A model generated the notes under the pieces. It saw only the letters and a program-made list of their open reading frames with translations, made no database searches and had not been told where the DNA came from. Shown one piece after another: positions 49,798-58,463 of a DNA stretch of 64,000 nucleotides. Made by a program: the position numbers and the translations under genes. This DNA is from a bacterium HR34 (GTDB lineage Bacteria; Patescibacteriota; Minisyncoccia; Minisyncoccales; HRBIN34): NCBI GenBank assembly GCA_002923395.1, contig BEIK01000001.1:21331-85330 (forward strand), read 5' to 3'. Each line of letters begins with the position of its first letter. Position 1 is the stretch's first letter.

Positions 49798-50273
49798 TGT
49801 CTATAAAAGCTCAAATAGAAAAAGATATTAAAACATATCTAAAGGAGAAAAATTTAGATGCTTATAGGGCTTTAGTTTTTTTAATGTCTGTTATAAAAAA
49901 TAAAGAAAAAGAAAAGTTTTTTGAACTTTCTAAAAAAGGGCAAACCCCTGAAAGGGGACAGGATATTTTAACAGATGAGGAAATAATTAAAATTTTACAA
50001 TCTGAAATTAAAAAGAGAAAAGAATCGATAGAGGCGTTTTTAAAAGGAGAAAGAAAGGATTTAGCAGACAAAGAACAGTTTGAATTGGATTTAATTTCTA
50101 AATATTTACCAGAACAAATGCCTGAAGAAGAAATAGAAAAACTGGTAGACGAGGTTTTAAAAGAAGTGCAAGACAAAAATATCGGCGTTGTTATAAAAGA
50201 AGTTATGAAAAGAAGTCAGGGCAGGGCTGAGGGATCTTTAGTTGCTAAAATAGTTAAAGGAAAACTCTCTTAA
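49797..50273 (+). CDS. yqeY: GatB/YqeY domain protein
   Basis: 'EIKKRKESIEAF', 'YLPEQM', 'GRAEG'. Confidence 0.92.
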   Translation: MSIKAQIEKDIKTYLKEKNLDAYRALVFLMSVIKNKEKEKFFELSKKGQTPERGQDILTDEEIIKILQSEIKKRKESIEAFLKGERKDLADKEQFELDLISKYLPEQMPEEEIEKLVDEVLKEVQDKNIGVVIKEVMKRSQGRAEGSLVAKIVKGKLS

Positions 50274-50329
50274 TTTTAATTTGAGTTTTTTTGAATAAGG
50301 TTTTATAATCTAATATTACTATTTTTTTA

Positions 50330-51565
50330 TTGCTTATGGACAAAAACGCAATAATTGGTTTGGATATAGGGAGCTCAAAGGTTAAATTAGTTGCTTTAAT
50401 TAAAGATGAAAAACTTCCAGAGTCAAATTTACAGGTTGTGCACAAATCTTCTGGAATTTCAGTGGGAGTAAGAAAAGGGAGGATAGAAGATCCCGAAAAA
50501 ATTTTTGATGTTGTTTCTTCTTTGTTTGATGAACTTTCTCAAACAGATGGAATTGAGGCAAGAAAAGTTTTTGTAAATATAAACGGCGCTTCTTTGGAGA
50601 GTATAGTTTCAAAGGCAAATGTTGTTGTTTCAAAAGCGGATCAAGTAATAGGGCAGGAAGATGTTGATAGGGCTTTAACGTCTGCAAAAACAATTTCTCT
50701 TCCATTAAACAAAGAAGTTCTAGGGGTTTACAACAATGAATTTATTATTGATGGTGCATATGTCGTAAAAAATCCTATTGGTTTGAAAGGTACAAGGTTG
50801 GAGGTTAGATCTCTTTTAATTACTGCTTTTTCTCCTGCTTTAAATAATTTAAGAGATGTTATGAATAGGCTTGACGTAGATTACGAAATTGTACCAACTC
50901 CTTTGGCTTCAAGTTATGCTGTTTTAAAGCCAGAACAAAAAGAACTTGGCGTTTGTTTGGTTGATATTGGCGCTGGCACAATAGGAATAGTGGTTTTTTA
51001 TGAAGGAGATTTGGTATTTTTAAAAACTTATCCTTTTGGCTCTAGCAATATAACAAAGGATATTGCGGTGAAACTTCAATTAGATTTTGATACAGCAGAG
51101 TATATAAAAACAGAAATAGCAAGTTGTTTAATCGGGCAGTCATCAAATAAAAAAGAAAAAATTAAATTAGAAGATGGCGAAGAAATTTCTTTTTCTAGAA
51201 AAGATTTATATCATGCGCTTCAAGCAAGAGTTGACCAGATATTAAAAACAATTTTAAATGATTTAAATTCTTTGGAATTGCCAGACAGATTAGCAGGCGG
51301 TGTTGTCTTTACAGGAGGAGGCTCTAATCTTAATAAATTCATAGAATACTCAAGAAAGTTTTTAAAACTCCCAGTTAAAAAAGCAAATTTGAAAGAGCAG
51401 TTTCAAATTCCTATAGAAAACGAGCAGGAATATTCTTGCGCTTTAGGACTTGCTTTAATGGGGCATTCTGAAGAGAGCGCAAAGCACGAAAACTTTTCTT
51501 TAAATGTTAAGCCCGGCAAATTTTTGTCAAAAATAAAAAATATAATAAAACCATTTTTGCCCTAA
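50330..51565 (+). CDS. ftsA: Cell division protein FtsA
   Basis: 'GLDIGSSKV', 'NPIGLKGTRLE', 'LVDIGAGT', 'VFTGGGS', C-terminal amphipathic helix. Confidence 0.94.
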   Translation: MLMDKNAIIGLDIGSSKVKLVALIKDEKLPESNLQVVHKSSGISVGVRKGRIEDPEKIFDVVSSLFDELSQTDGIEARKVFVNINGASLESIVSKANVVVSKADQVIGQEDVDRALTSAKTISLPLNKEVLGVYNNEFIIDGAYVVKNPIGLKGTRLEVRSLLITAFSPALNNLRDVMNRLDVDYEIVPTPLASSYAVLKPEQKELGVCLVDIGAGTIGIVVFYEGDLVFLKTYPFGSSNITKDIAVKLQLDFDTAEYIKTEIASCLIGQSSNKKEKIKLEDGEEISFSRKDLYHALQARVDQILKTILNDLNSLELPDRLAGGVVFTGGGSNLNKFIEYSRKFLKLPVKKANLKEQFQIPIENEQEYSCALGLALMGHSEESAKHENFSLNVKPGKFLSKIKNIIKPFLP

Positions 51566-51575
51566 TATAAAACTT

Positions 51576-52514
51576 ATGAGTCGTGTAAAAATAAAAGTTG
51601 TTGGAGTAGGCGGTGGAGGAGGGAAAATTATTTCAAGAATTTACAACAAAAATAAATCAATAGACTATATTGCCATTAACACAGATCTGCAAGATTTGAA
51701 ACAATGCAAAGCAGATAAACTTTTGCAAATAGGAAAACAAACAACAAAAGGAATGGGTGCTGGCATGCAGATATTGTTAGGAGAAAAATCGGCACTAGAG
51801 AATATCCAAGATGTTTTGAGCGCTACTTTACCAAGTCAAGTTATTATTTTAGTTTCTTGTTTTGGAGGAGGAACTGGAAGCGGAGCAACGCCCTTAATAG
51901 CAAAAAAGATAAAAGAAAGAGATAAAAATGTCCTTTTGTTATCAATAATAACTTTGCCGTTTTCTTTTGAGGGAAGCTTTAAAAGATCAATTGCTTTGAG
52001 GTCGTTGGAAAGATTAAAAGATTTTTCAGACGCTATTTTTGTTTTAGAGAATGATAACATAACCAAAAACTTAGAAAAGCAGGTAACAATTAAAGAATCT
52101 TTTGCATTTTGTGATGATTTTATTTCAAAAATAGTAAATAGCATACTGGAGTTAATAACAAGCAGAGGAGTTATAAACATTGATTTTATAGATATTAAAA
52201 ATTCTTTGCAAAATGGCGGGCAGGTTTATTTTGCCCAAGGAGTAGGAGAAGGCGAAAATAGGATAGAAATGGCCATAAGTGATGCTTTTTTAAAAAATAT
52301 TACTTCTGTTGATTTATTTAATAAGATAAAAAAGTTTAATTCTGTTTTATTTAGCGTCGCTGGCGATAATTTTACCTTACAAGAAATTTCTCAAATATCA
52401 GATTTAATAAAAAATAAGTTTGGCAATCCAAGCAAAATTTATTTTGGTGCTTTTCAAGATAAAGATTTAAGAAATAAGCTAAAAATTACAATATTCGCTT
52501 GCTCTGGAAAATAA
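51576..52514 (+). CDS. ftsZ: FtsZ, divergent and lacking the C-terminal tail
   Basis: 'IKVVGVGGGG', 'INTD', 'GGGTGSG', 'PFSFEG', 'INIDFID'; follows ftsA. Confidence 0.88.
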   Translation: MSRVKIKVVGVGGGGGKIISRIYNKNKSIDYIAINTDLQDLKQCKADKLLQIGKQTTKGMGAGMQILLGEKSALENIQDVLSATLPSQVIILVSCFGGGTGSGATPLIAKKIKERDKNVLLLSIITLPFSFEGSFKRSIALRSLERLKDFSDAIFVLENDNITKNLEKQVTIKESFAFCDDFISKIVNSILELITSRGVINIDFIDIKNSLQNGGQVYFAQGVGEGENRIEMAISDAFLKNITSVDLFNKIKKFNSVLFSVAGDNFTLQEISQISDLIKNKFGNPSKIYFGAFQDKDLRNKLKITIFACSGK

Positions 52515-52515
52515 T

Positions 52516-53997
52516 GTGCCAAGAGGTAAAACAGATTTTCTTTTATTTTTCAGCTTTATAGGAGGAATTTTTACAGCATCATTTTTCGCCCAATATTATT
52601 ATGTTTCAATACCTCTTTTTATAATTTCTTTATTATTATTCCTCCAAAAGCAGGAAAAAAGATTGTTTTATTTTGTTTTGTATTCCTTAATTTTCTCGGC
52701 GATATTTTTTGCAAGTTTTAATTATTTTCTTAACTATCAAAACAGAGTACTTAAAAAAGAATTTTATTTTGAAAATAAAAGTTTTTTAGTAAAAGTTTTA
52801 GATGAGCCAAGAGAAAGAGAAAAGAATATTTTTGTGAAAGTCAAGATATTGGAGGAAGAAGGTTTCCATGGCTTATATAAAAACATTGCTTTGTATTTAC
52901 CCACGGACGCTGAAATTAATTATGGCGATATGCTAAAAATACAAGGTAAAATTCAAACTCCTCAAAACACAGGCAATTTTAATTATAGACAGTATTTGAA
53001 CAAAGAAAATATAGGTTTGGTTTCTGTATATCCAAAATTTGAAATAATAAATAAAAAACAATATGAAAACTTTTTTGAGAAAATAAAAGGATTTGCTTTA
53101 GAGCAAAAGCAAAATTTTAAAGAAAAAATTAAAAATAATCTTTCACAAGACACAGCCAGCCTTTTAAATTCTATTGTTTGGGGATATAAGTCTGATATTC
53201 CCAAAGATTTATCTGACAATTTAAGCAAAGTTGGCTTGCGACATATCACAGCAATTTCAGGTCTTCATATAACCCTTATTTCTACTTTATTAATGGAATC
53301 TATTTTGCTTTTGGGTTTTTGGAGAAGGCAGGCTTTTTTGTTGTCTGTTGTTTTAGTTTCTTTTTATGTGTTTTTGCTTGGTTTTCCTCCATCTGCTGTA
53401 AGGGCCGCCATAATGGGAGGACTATTTTTGTTATCTCAAAACATAGGAAAGCCAACTAATTTGTTGAATCCTGTTTTACTAGCAGCAACTGTTATGTTAT
53501 TGTTTAATCCCTTACTTTTGAAATATGATATTGGTTTTCAACTCTCTTTCTTGGCTGTTTTGGGAATAATTTTTTGGTCTAATTTTATTAAAGATAAACT
53601 AAAAATTTTATTTTTTAACAACGAAAATTACTTTTTAAACATAATATCACTTTCTATTTCAGCACAGATTTTTACAATACCTTTGGTGGCTTTTTATTTT
53701 GGTATAGTATCTCTTGTGTTTTTAATATCAAACTTAATTATTTTGCCATTACTTCCTTTAATTTTATTTTTCGGATTTTTAGGATCAATTATTCCTTATG
53801 GTGAGGTTTTTCTTATTACTATTTGGCCAATAGTAAAATTAATTGTCTTAATCTCAGACTTTTTCTCAAGTTTGAATTTTTCATTTTTAAATATCCAAAA
53901 CTTGCCTTTAATGTACTTAGTATTAATATATACTTTATTGGTGATTTTAACATATTTTGTTTATAAAAAATATAGATTTTCATCTGTAAAAATATGA
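52516..53997 (+). CDS. comEC: ComEC/Rec2 competence protein (no MBL domain)
   Basis: 'GLRHITAISGLH', 'PSAVRAAIM', 'DIGFQLSFLA', 'SNLI'. Confidence 0.93.
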   Translation: MPRGKTDFLLFFSFIGGIFTASFFAQYYYVSIPLFIISLLLFLQKQEKRLFYFVLYSLIFSAIFFASFNYFLNYQNRVLKKEFYFENKSFLVKVLDEPREREKNIFVKVKILEEEGFHGLYKNIALYLPTDAEINYGDMLKIQGKIQTPQNTGNFNYRQYLNKENIGLVSVYPKFEIINKKQYENFFEKIKGFALEQKQNFKEKIKNNLSQDTASLLNSIVWGYKSDIPKDLSDNLSKVGLRHITAISGLHITLISTLLMESILLLGFWRRQAFLLSVVLVSFYVFLLGFPPSAVRAAIMGGLFLLSQNIGKPTNLLNPVLLAATVMLLFNPLLLKYDIGFQLSFLAVLGIIFWSNFIKDKLKILFFNNENYFLNIISLSISAQIFTIPLVAFYFGIVSLVFLISNLIILPLLPLILFFGFLGSIIPYGEVFLITIWPIVKLIVLISDFFSSLNFSFLNIQNLPLMYLVLIYTLLVILTYFVYKKYRFSSVKI

Positions 53998-54935
53998 TTT
54001 CGTGGACAATACCCGCAATTTTTTCTTTTTTGTTTTTTGCTTTTGGTACTACAATAGAAAGGTTTTATATGGGCCGAAAAGTTTTAAGACCAGAGTTGAG
54101 TGTTTTTTTTGTTGGGCTTTTGAGTTTATTTTATATTATATTCATTCCTTTTGTTGATTTTTATGTTATAGACCCTTATTTATTTTTAAAAACTTTACTT
54201 GTTTCTAGTTTTCAAGTAGGAGGGCTTTTTCTTTTGTATTATTCTTTAACAAAATTCGACGCAAGCAGTTTTGTGCCGGCAATTACTGCTTTTATGCCGA
54301 TTTTTTCTTTTGGAGCTGGTATTTTTCTCTCTAATTCTTCGGTTAGTATTGCTGGTATTGTTGCTTTTTTGTTTTTGTTATCTGGGAGTTTTATTGTTAG
54401 TTATCATAAAAAAATAGAAATAACAAAAGAAACTTTATTCTCCGCGTTTTTAACATCTATTTTGCTTTCTATGTTTTTTGTTTTCTCAAAATTTGTTTTT
54501 GAAGAATCTAATTTTTGGACAGGTTTTATTTGGATAAATATAGCAGATTTTGTAATTTCTTCTTTGATTATTGTTTTTTATAAAGAAGCGAGGGATAATT
54601 TGTTGGAAATTATTCGCAAAGCAAGGGAGGCAAAAGCAAAAAGAGAATATTATAAAATAAAATACCCCTTGGCTTATGGATTTTCAAAAATATCTGGTGG
54701 AATAGGCACCATACTTCAACTTTTTGCAGTTAGTATTGTTCCCTCGCAATACATAGGTATTATACAGGCGTTTCAGGGTCTTGAGATATTTTTTGTTATT
54801 CTTTTTAGTCTGCTTTTCTTTAAGATTTGGAAAGATTTTCCAACAGACATTGCACAGGACAAAAATCTTGTAAAAAGAGTGTCTGGCGCTGTTTTAATAT
54901 CGATAGGTTTAGTTATTGTTCATTTATATTTATAA
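53994..54935 (+). CDS. Multi-pass membrane protein, EamA/DMT-like
   Basis: About 10 hydrophobic helices arranged as two similar halves. Confidence 0.65.
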   Translation: MISWTIPAIFSFLFFAFGTTIERFYMGRKVLRPELSVFFVGLLSLFYIIFIPFVDFYVIDPYLFLKTLLVSSFQVGGLFLLYYSLTKFDASSFVPAITAFMPIFSFGAGIFLSNSSVSIAGIVAFLFLLSGSFIVSYHKKIEITKETLFSAFLTSILLSMFFVFSKFVFEESNFWTGFIWINIADFVISSLIIVFYKEARDNLLEIIRKAREAKAKREYYKIKYPLAYGFSKISGGIGTILQLFAVSIVPSQYIGIIQAFQGLEIFFVILFSLLFFKIWKDFPTDIAQDKNLVKRVSGAVLISIGLVIVHLYL

Positions 54936-54939
54936 AAAT

Positions 54940-55812
54940 ATGTACTTGAGTATAATAATTCCTACTCTTAATGAAGAAAAATATTTGCCGAAATTATTAG
55001 AATCAATAAAAAAGCAAACCTTTAAAGATTATGAAATCATAGTTGCTGATGCTGGCTCAAAAGACAAAACAGTTGAAATTGCAAAAAAATATGGTTGCAA
55101 AATAGTAAAAGGCGGCTTGCCTGCTCAAGGAAGAAATAACGGCGCAAAACACGCTCAAGGAGAATTGTTGTTATTTTTAGACGCTGACAGTATTTTACCA
55201 ACTAAATTTTTTTTAGAAAAGGCAATAAAAGAGTTTAATAAAAGAAAGTTGTCGGTTGCTTCTTGTGGTTTTTTGCCAGCAGACAAAAGCGTTTATCTGC
55301 CGTATAAAGCTGTTGTTAATTATTTCAGGTTCATCAGATTTTTAATGATAGCATTAGAAAATATTTTTCCTTTTGGAATAGGCGCTTGTATATTCGCTGA
55401 AAAAAGTTTTCATAATTCAATTGGTGGGTTTGCTGAGTCACTAAAATTAGCAGAGGATAACAATTATATAAAAAAGGCAGCCTCAAGAAGCAAATACGGT
55501 GTTTTAAGAAGTGTTTATTTTTCAACTTCTGTTAGGAGATTTGATAAGGAAAAATGGGTAAGACCGTTTATGCTTTATTTACTCGCCGCTTTTCTTGTTT
55601 TAGACGAAAAGAAGTTAAGATTGTTCAATAAAGGTATTTTTGAATATAGATATGGAAATTATTATGATATAATAAAAGAAAAAGGCTTGAGTTTAAATGC
55701 TAAAAATATTACAGATAAACTTACAAAAAAGATTAATTATAACAAAATAAAAATAAAAAGAGAAATATCATTAATTAAGAATAAAATTAAGAAAATAATA
55801 GAAAAAATATGA
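54940..55812 (+). CDS. Glycosyltransferase family 2
   Basis: 'SIIIPTLNEE', 'VADAGSKD', 'RNNGA', 'FLDAD', 'AED'. Start placed at the ATG at 54940. Confidence 0.92.
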   Translation: MYLSIIIPTLNEEKYLPKLLESIKKQTFKDYEIIVADAGSKDKTVEIAKKYGCKIVKGGLPAQGRNNGAKHAQGELLLFLDADSILPTKFFLEKAIKEFNKRKLSVASCGFLPADKSVYLPYKAVVNYFRFIRFLMIALENIFPFGIGACIFAEKSFHNSIGGFAESLKLAEDNNYIKKAASRSKYGVLRSVYFSTSVRRFDKEKWVRPFMLYLLAAFLVLDEKKLRLFNKGIFEYRYGNYYDIIKEKGLSLNAKNITDKLTKKINYNKIKIKREISLIKNKIKKIIEKI

Positions 55813-57089
55813 AAAAAATAGGGATATTTATTTTAATAGCAATAATTGTTATTGGATTTATGGATGTAAGAAATTTGCCAAATTTGGGCATAAATGAGTA
55901 TGTTGAGTTTTTGTTTAAGAAATATGTTTTGTATAAAAACAATCAGCAGGCGCAAGAAAAAATAACAAAAGAATCTCCTCAAAATGGTTTGGGAACACAA
56001 GAACAAAATAAAGAATATTCTCCTGTTTTAGATTTGGAAAAACAAGTTATAAAAGTTGCTGACGAAGCGTCTGATTCTGTTGTTAGTATAATAATTACAA
56101 AAGAACTTCCTGTGATAGAATATAAATATGAAAATCCTTTTGAGGAGTTTTTTGGGCCTTTCTTTGAAATTCCTGTGCCAGAACAAAAAAGAACAGAGAA
56201 AAAAGAAGTTGGAGGTGGAAGCGGATTTGTTATTTCTGAAGACGGTTTAATTCTTACCAACAAACATGTGGTATTGGATGGCGGAGCAGAATACACAGCG
56301 GTTTTTAATAACGGCAACACTTATGATGTTGAAGTTTTAGCAAAAGATCCTTTTGAAGATATAGCCATATTAAGAATTAAACAAAAAGAAGGCGAAAATA
56401 AAAAATTTAAACCTTTGAAACTTGGAGATTCAGACGAGATAAAGGTTGGTCAGTTTGTTGTAGCAATAGGAAATGCTTTGGGAGAATTCAGAAATACTGT
56501 TTCTTTTGGAGTTGTTTCTGGCTTGTCAAGAAAAATTGTAGCAGGTGGTGGTGGTTTTACAGAAGAACTTTCTAACGTTATCCAAACAGACGCTGCAATA
56601 AATAGAGGAAATTCAGGAGGCCCCTTGTTAAATCTTAAAGGTGAGGTTATCGGAATAAATACTGCTGTTGCCGAAAACGCTCAAAATATTGGATTTGCAA
56701 TACCCATAAATTTAGCAAAGAAGGATATTGAGCAGGTTGTTAAAACAGGAAAAATAACTTATCCTTTCATAGGTATTTATTACACAATAATTAACGATAC
56801 TTTAAAAGAAGAATATGGTTTACCCGTAAATTATGGTGCTTGGGTTGGTCATAATGAACTTGGTGTCCCTACAAAAGAAGCGATTGTAAAAGGATCACCA
56901 GCGGAAAAAGCAGGTCTTAAAAGGAATGATATTATTTTAGAAATTAACGGCGAAAAGATAACAGAAGATAATAATTTAGGAAAAATTTTAAGAAAGCATA
57001 ACCCCGGGGATGTTGTTAGATTAAAAGTTTTAAGAGAAGGCAAAGAGATTATAATGGATTTGGAATTAGGTGAGAGAAAAGAGTGGTAA
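55809..57089 (+). CDS. htrA: HtrA/DegP-like serine protease with one PDZ domain
   Basis: 'GSGF', 'TNKHV', 'QTDAAINRGNSGGPL', 'SPAEKAGL'. Confidence 0.94.
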   Translation: MKKIGIFILIAIIVIGFMDVRNLPNLGINEYVEFLFKKYVLYKNNQQAQEKITKESPQNGLGTQEQNKEYSPVLDLEKQVIKVADEASDSVVSIIITKELPVIEYKYENPFEEFFGPFFEIPVPEQKRTEKKEVGGGSGFVISEDGLILTNKHVVLDGGAEYTAVFNNGNTYDVEVLAKDPFEDIAILRIKQKEGENKKFKPLKLGDSDEIKVGQFVVAIGNALGEFRNTVSFGVVSGLSRKIVAGGGGFTEELSNVIQTDAAINRGNSGGPLLNLKGEVIGINTAVAENAQNIGFAIPINLAKKDIEQVVKTGKITYPFIGIYYTIINDTLKEEYGLPVNYGAWVGHNELGVPTKEAIVKGSPAEKAGLKRNDIILEINGEKITEDNNLGKILRKHNPGDVVRLKVLREGKEIIMDLELGERKEW

Positions 57090-57094
57090 AAACA

Positions 57095-57122
57095 TTGACA
57101 TTTTTTCAGGTTTATATATAAT
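57095..57122 (+). promoter_or_regulatory. Sigma70 promoter of khpA
   Basis: TTGACA-16 nt-TATAAT. Confidence 0.65.
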
Positions 57123-57219
57123 GGGAAAATATTAGCAATTTAAGAATTATCAGATTAGTAGGTTTTCAGAAAAGGTCGAAAAAGGTCGAAATTAAAAGTA
57201 ATTTAAGAAAATTAAAAAT

Positions 57220-57468
57220 ATGGTAGATTATAAAGAGTTTCTTGAGTACATTATAAAAGGTATTGTTAACAATCCTGATAAAGTTGAAATAGAAAAGACT
57301 GTTGACGAAATGGGGGTGTTGTTAACAGTAAAGGCTCATCCTTCTGATGTTGGGTTGATAATAGGAAAGAAAGGTTCTGTTGCTCAGGCGATAAGAGCCT
57401 TAACAAGGATTGTTGGTTTGAAAAATAAAGCAAGAGTGAACATCAAAATAGAACAACCAAATCAATAA
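57220..57468 (+). CDS. khpA: KH-domain RNA-binding protein KhpA
   Basis: 'IVNNPDKV', 'DVGLIIGKKG', 'AIRAL'. Confidence 0.92.
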   Translation: MVDYKEFLEYIIKGIVNNPDKVEIEKTVDEMGVLLTVKAHPSDVGLIIGKKGSVAQAIRALTRIVGLKNKARVNIKIEQPNQ

Positions 57469-57480
57469 AATTAGGATTTT

Positions 57481-57524
57481 TTAAAACAAAAGCCCGCGAG
57501 GTACCTCGCGGGCTTTTGTTTTAA
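57481..57524. terminator. 44-bp perfect palindrome, bidirectional terminator-like
   Basis: TTAAAACAAAAGCCCGCGAGGT|ACCTCGCGGGCTTTTGTTTTAA. Confidence 0.85.
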
Positions 57525-57632
57525 GATTAAGATTGGCCATCTTTTATCTAATAATATTGATAAAAAAAATACAAATAATTAAAAATCGAAAGTTTTTTAT
57601 GAAATATCAAAATCCTAATTTTATTAATTAAC

Positions 57633-57661
57633 TTGACAAAAATTTTTACTTTCCATATCTT
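57633..57661 (+). promoter_or_regulatory. Sigma70 promoter of the acidic micro-ORF
   Basis: TTGACA-17 nt-TATCTT. Confidence 0.55.
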
Positions 57662-57713
57662 TATACTTGATATTAAAGGTCGAATTAAAATTTAATATTA
57701 TTTTTTAAAAAAA

Positions 57714-57809
57714 ATGGTATTAGAATTTTACAACCAAGATGATGAATTTGAAGATGATGATTATGAAGAAGATGCCAATGAAGAAGATGAGGAAGAAGAG
57801 AATTATTAA
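57714..57809 (+). CDS. 31-aa hyper-acidic small protein MVLEFYNQDDEFEDDDYEEDANEEDEEEENY (not in the ORF track)
   Basis: ATG to TAA, strongly biased to GAN codons; flanked by a promoter, an AGGTCGA leader and a terminator. Confidence 0.7.
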   Translation: MVLEFYNQDDEFEDDDYEEDANEEDEEEENY

Positions 57810-57823
57810 ATAAGTTGCGGGAT

Positions 57824-57855
57824 AACCGCCCTTTTCAAAAGGGCGGTTTTGTTTT
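57824..57855 (+). terminator. Rho-independent terminator
   Basis: AACCGCCCTTTT-C-AAAAGGGCGGTT followed by TTGTTTT. Confidence 0.85.
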
Positions 57856-57861
57856 ATAAGG

Positions 57862-58125
57862 GTTGAATGCACAGGAAAAAAGATAAAAAATTTTATATCA
57901 AAACAAGAAATGGTGAGGCTATTATTTTATATAATATTGAAAATGGCAAAATTAACGCTTATCATACTTTTGTTCCAGAATCTGAAATGGGCAAGGGTTT
58001 GGTTTCAAAATTTGCAGTTGTTTTTTAACTGGTTAGAAAAATAAAAATTAAAGGCTTTTGTAACTTATCCATTTTTAATAGATTTTGTTAAAAAACACAA
58101 AGAATATAAAAAATTTGTAATTAAT
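57862..58125 (+). pseudogene. Decayed small GNAT acetyltransferase (YjdJ/Acetyltransf_CG-like)
   Basis: 'KFYIKTRNGEAIILYNIENGKINAYHTFVPESEMGKGLVSKF' then a stop; downstream 'TYPFLIDFVKKHKEY' matches the family's C-terminal pattern. Confidence 0.6.
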
Positions 58126-58133
58126 AAAAATTT

Positions 58134-58463
58134 ATGAATACAATAAATTTAGATGACTTTTCGAAATTAGATTTAAGAGTTGGCAAGATATTAGAGGCAG
58201 AGAAAATAGAGAATTCAGAAAAATTAGTTAAACTTCAAGTTTCTTTAGGAGATGAGGAAAGGCAAATAATTGCTGGAATAGGTAAGAGTTATTTACCAGA
58301 AGAACTTGTCGGAAGGCTTGTTGTTGTTTTGGCCAATTTAGAACCTAAAAAATTAATGGGTTATGAAAGCCAAGGAATGATTTTGGCAGCATCTGATGAA
58401 ACAGGTTTGCCAAGTTTATTAACAGTTGATAAACAAATTTCTCCTGGCAGCAAAATAAAATGA
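58134..58463 (+). CDS. Stand-alone tRNA-binding OB domain (MetG C-terminal/Trbp111-like)
   Basis: 'DDFSKLDLRVGKI', 'RQIIAGI', 'ANLEPKKLMGYESQGMILAA'. Confidence 0.9.
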   Translation: MNTINLDDFSKLDLRVGKILEAEKIENSEKLVKLQVSLGDEERQIIAGIGKSYLPEELVGRLVVVLANLEPKKLMGYESQGMILAASDETGLPSLLTVDKQISPGSKIK

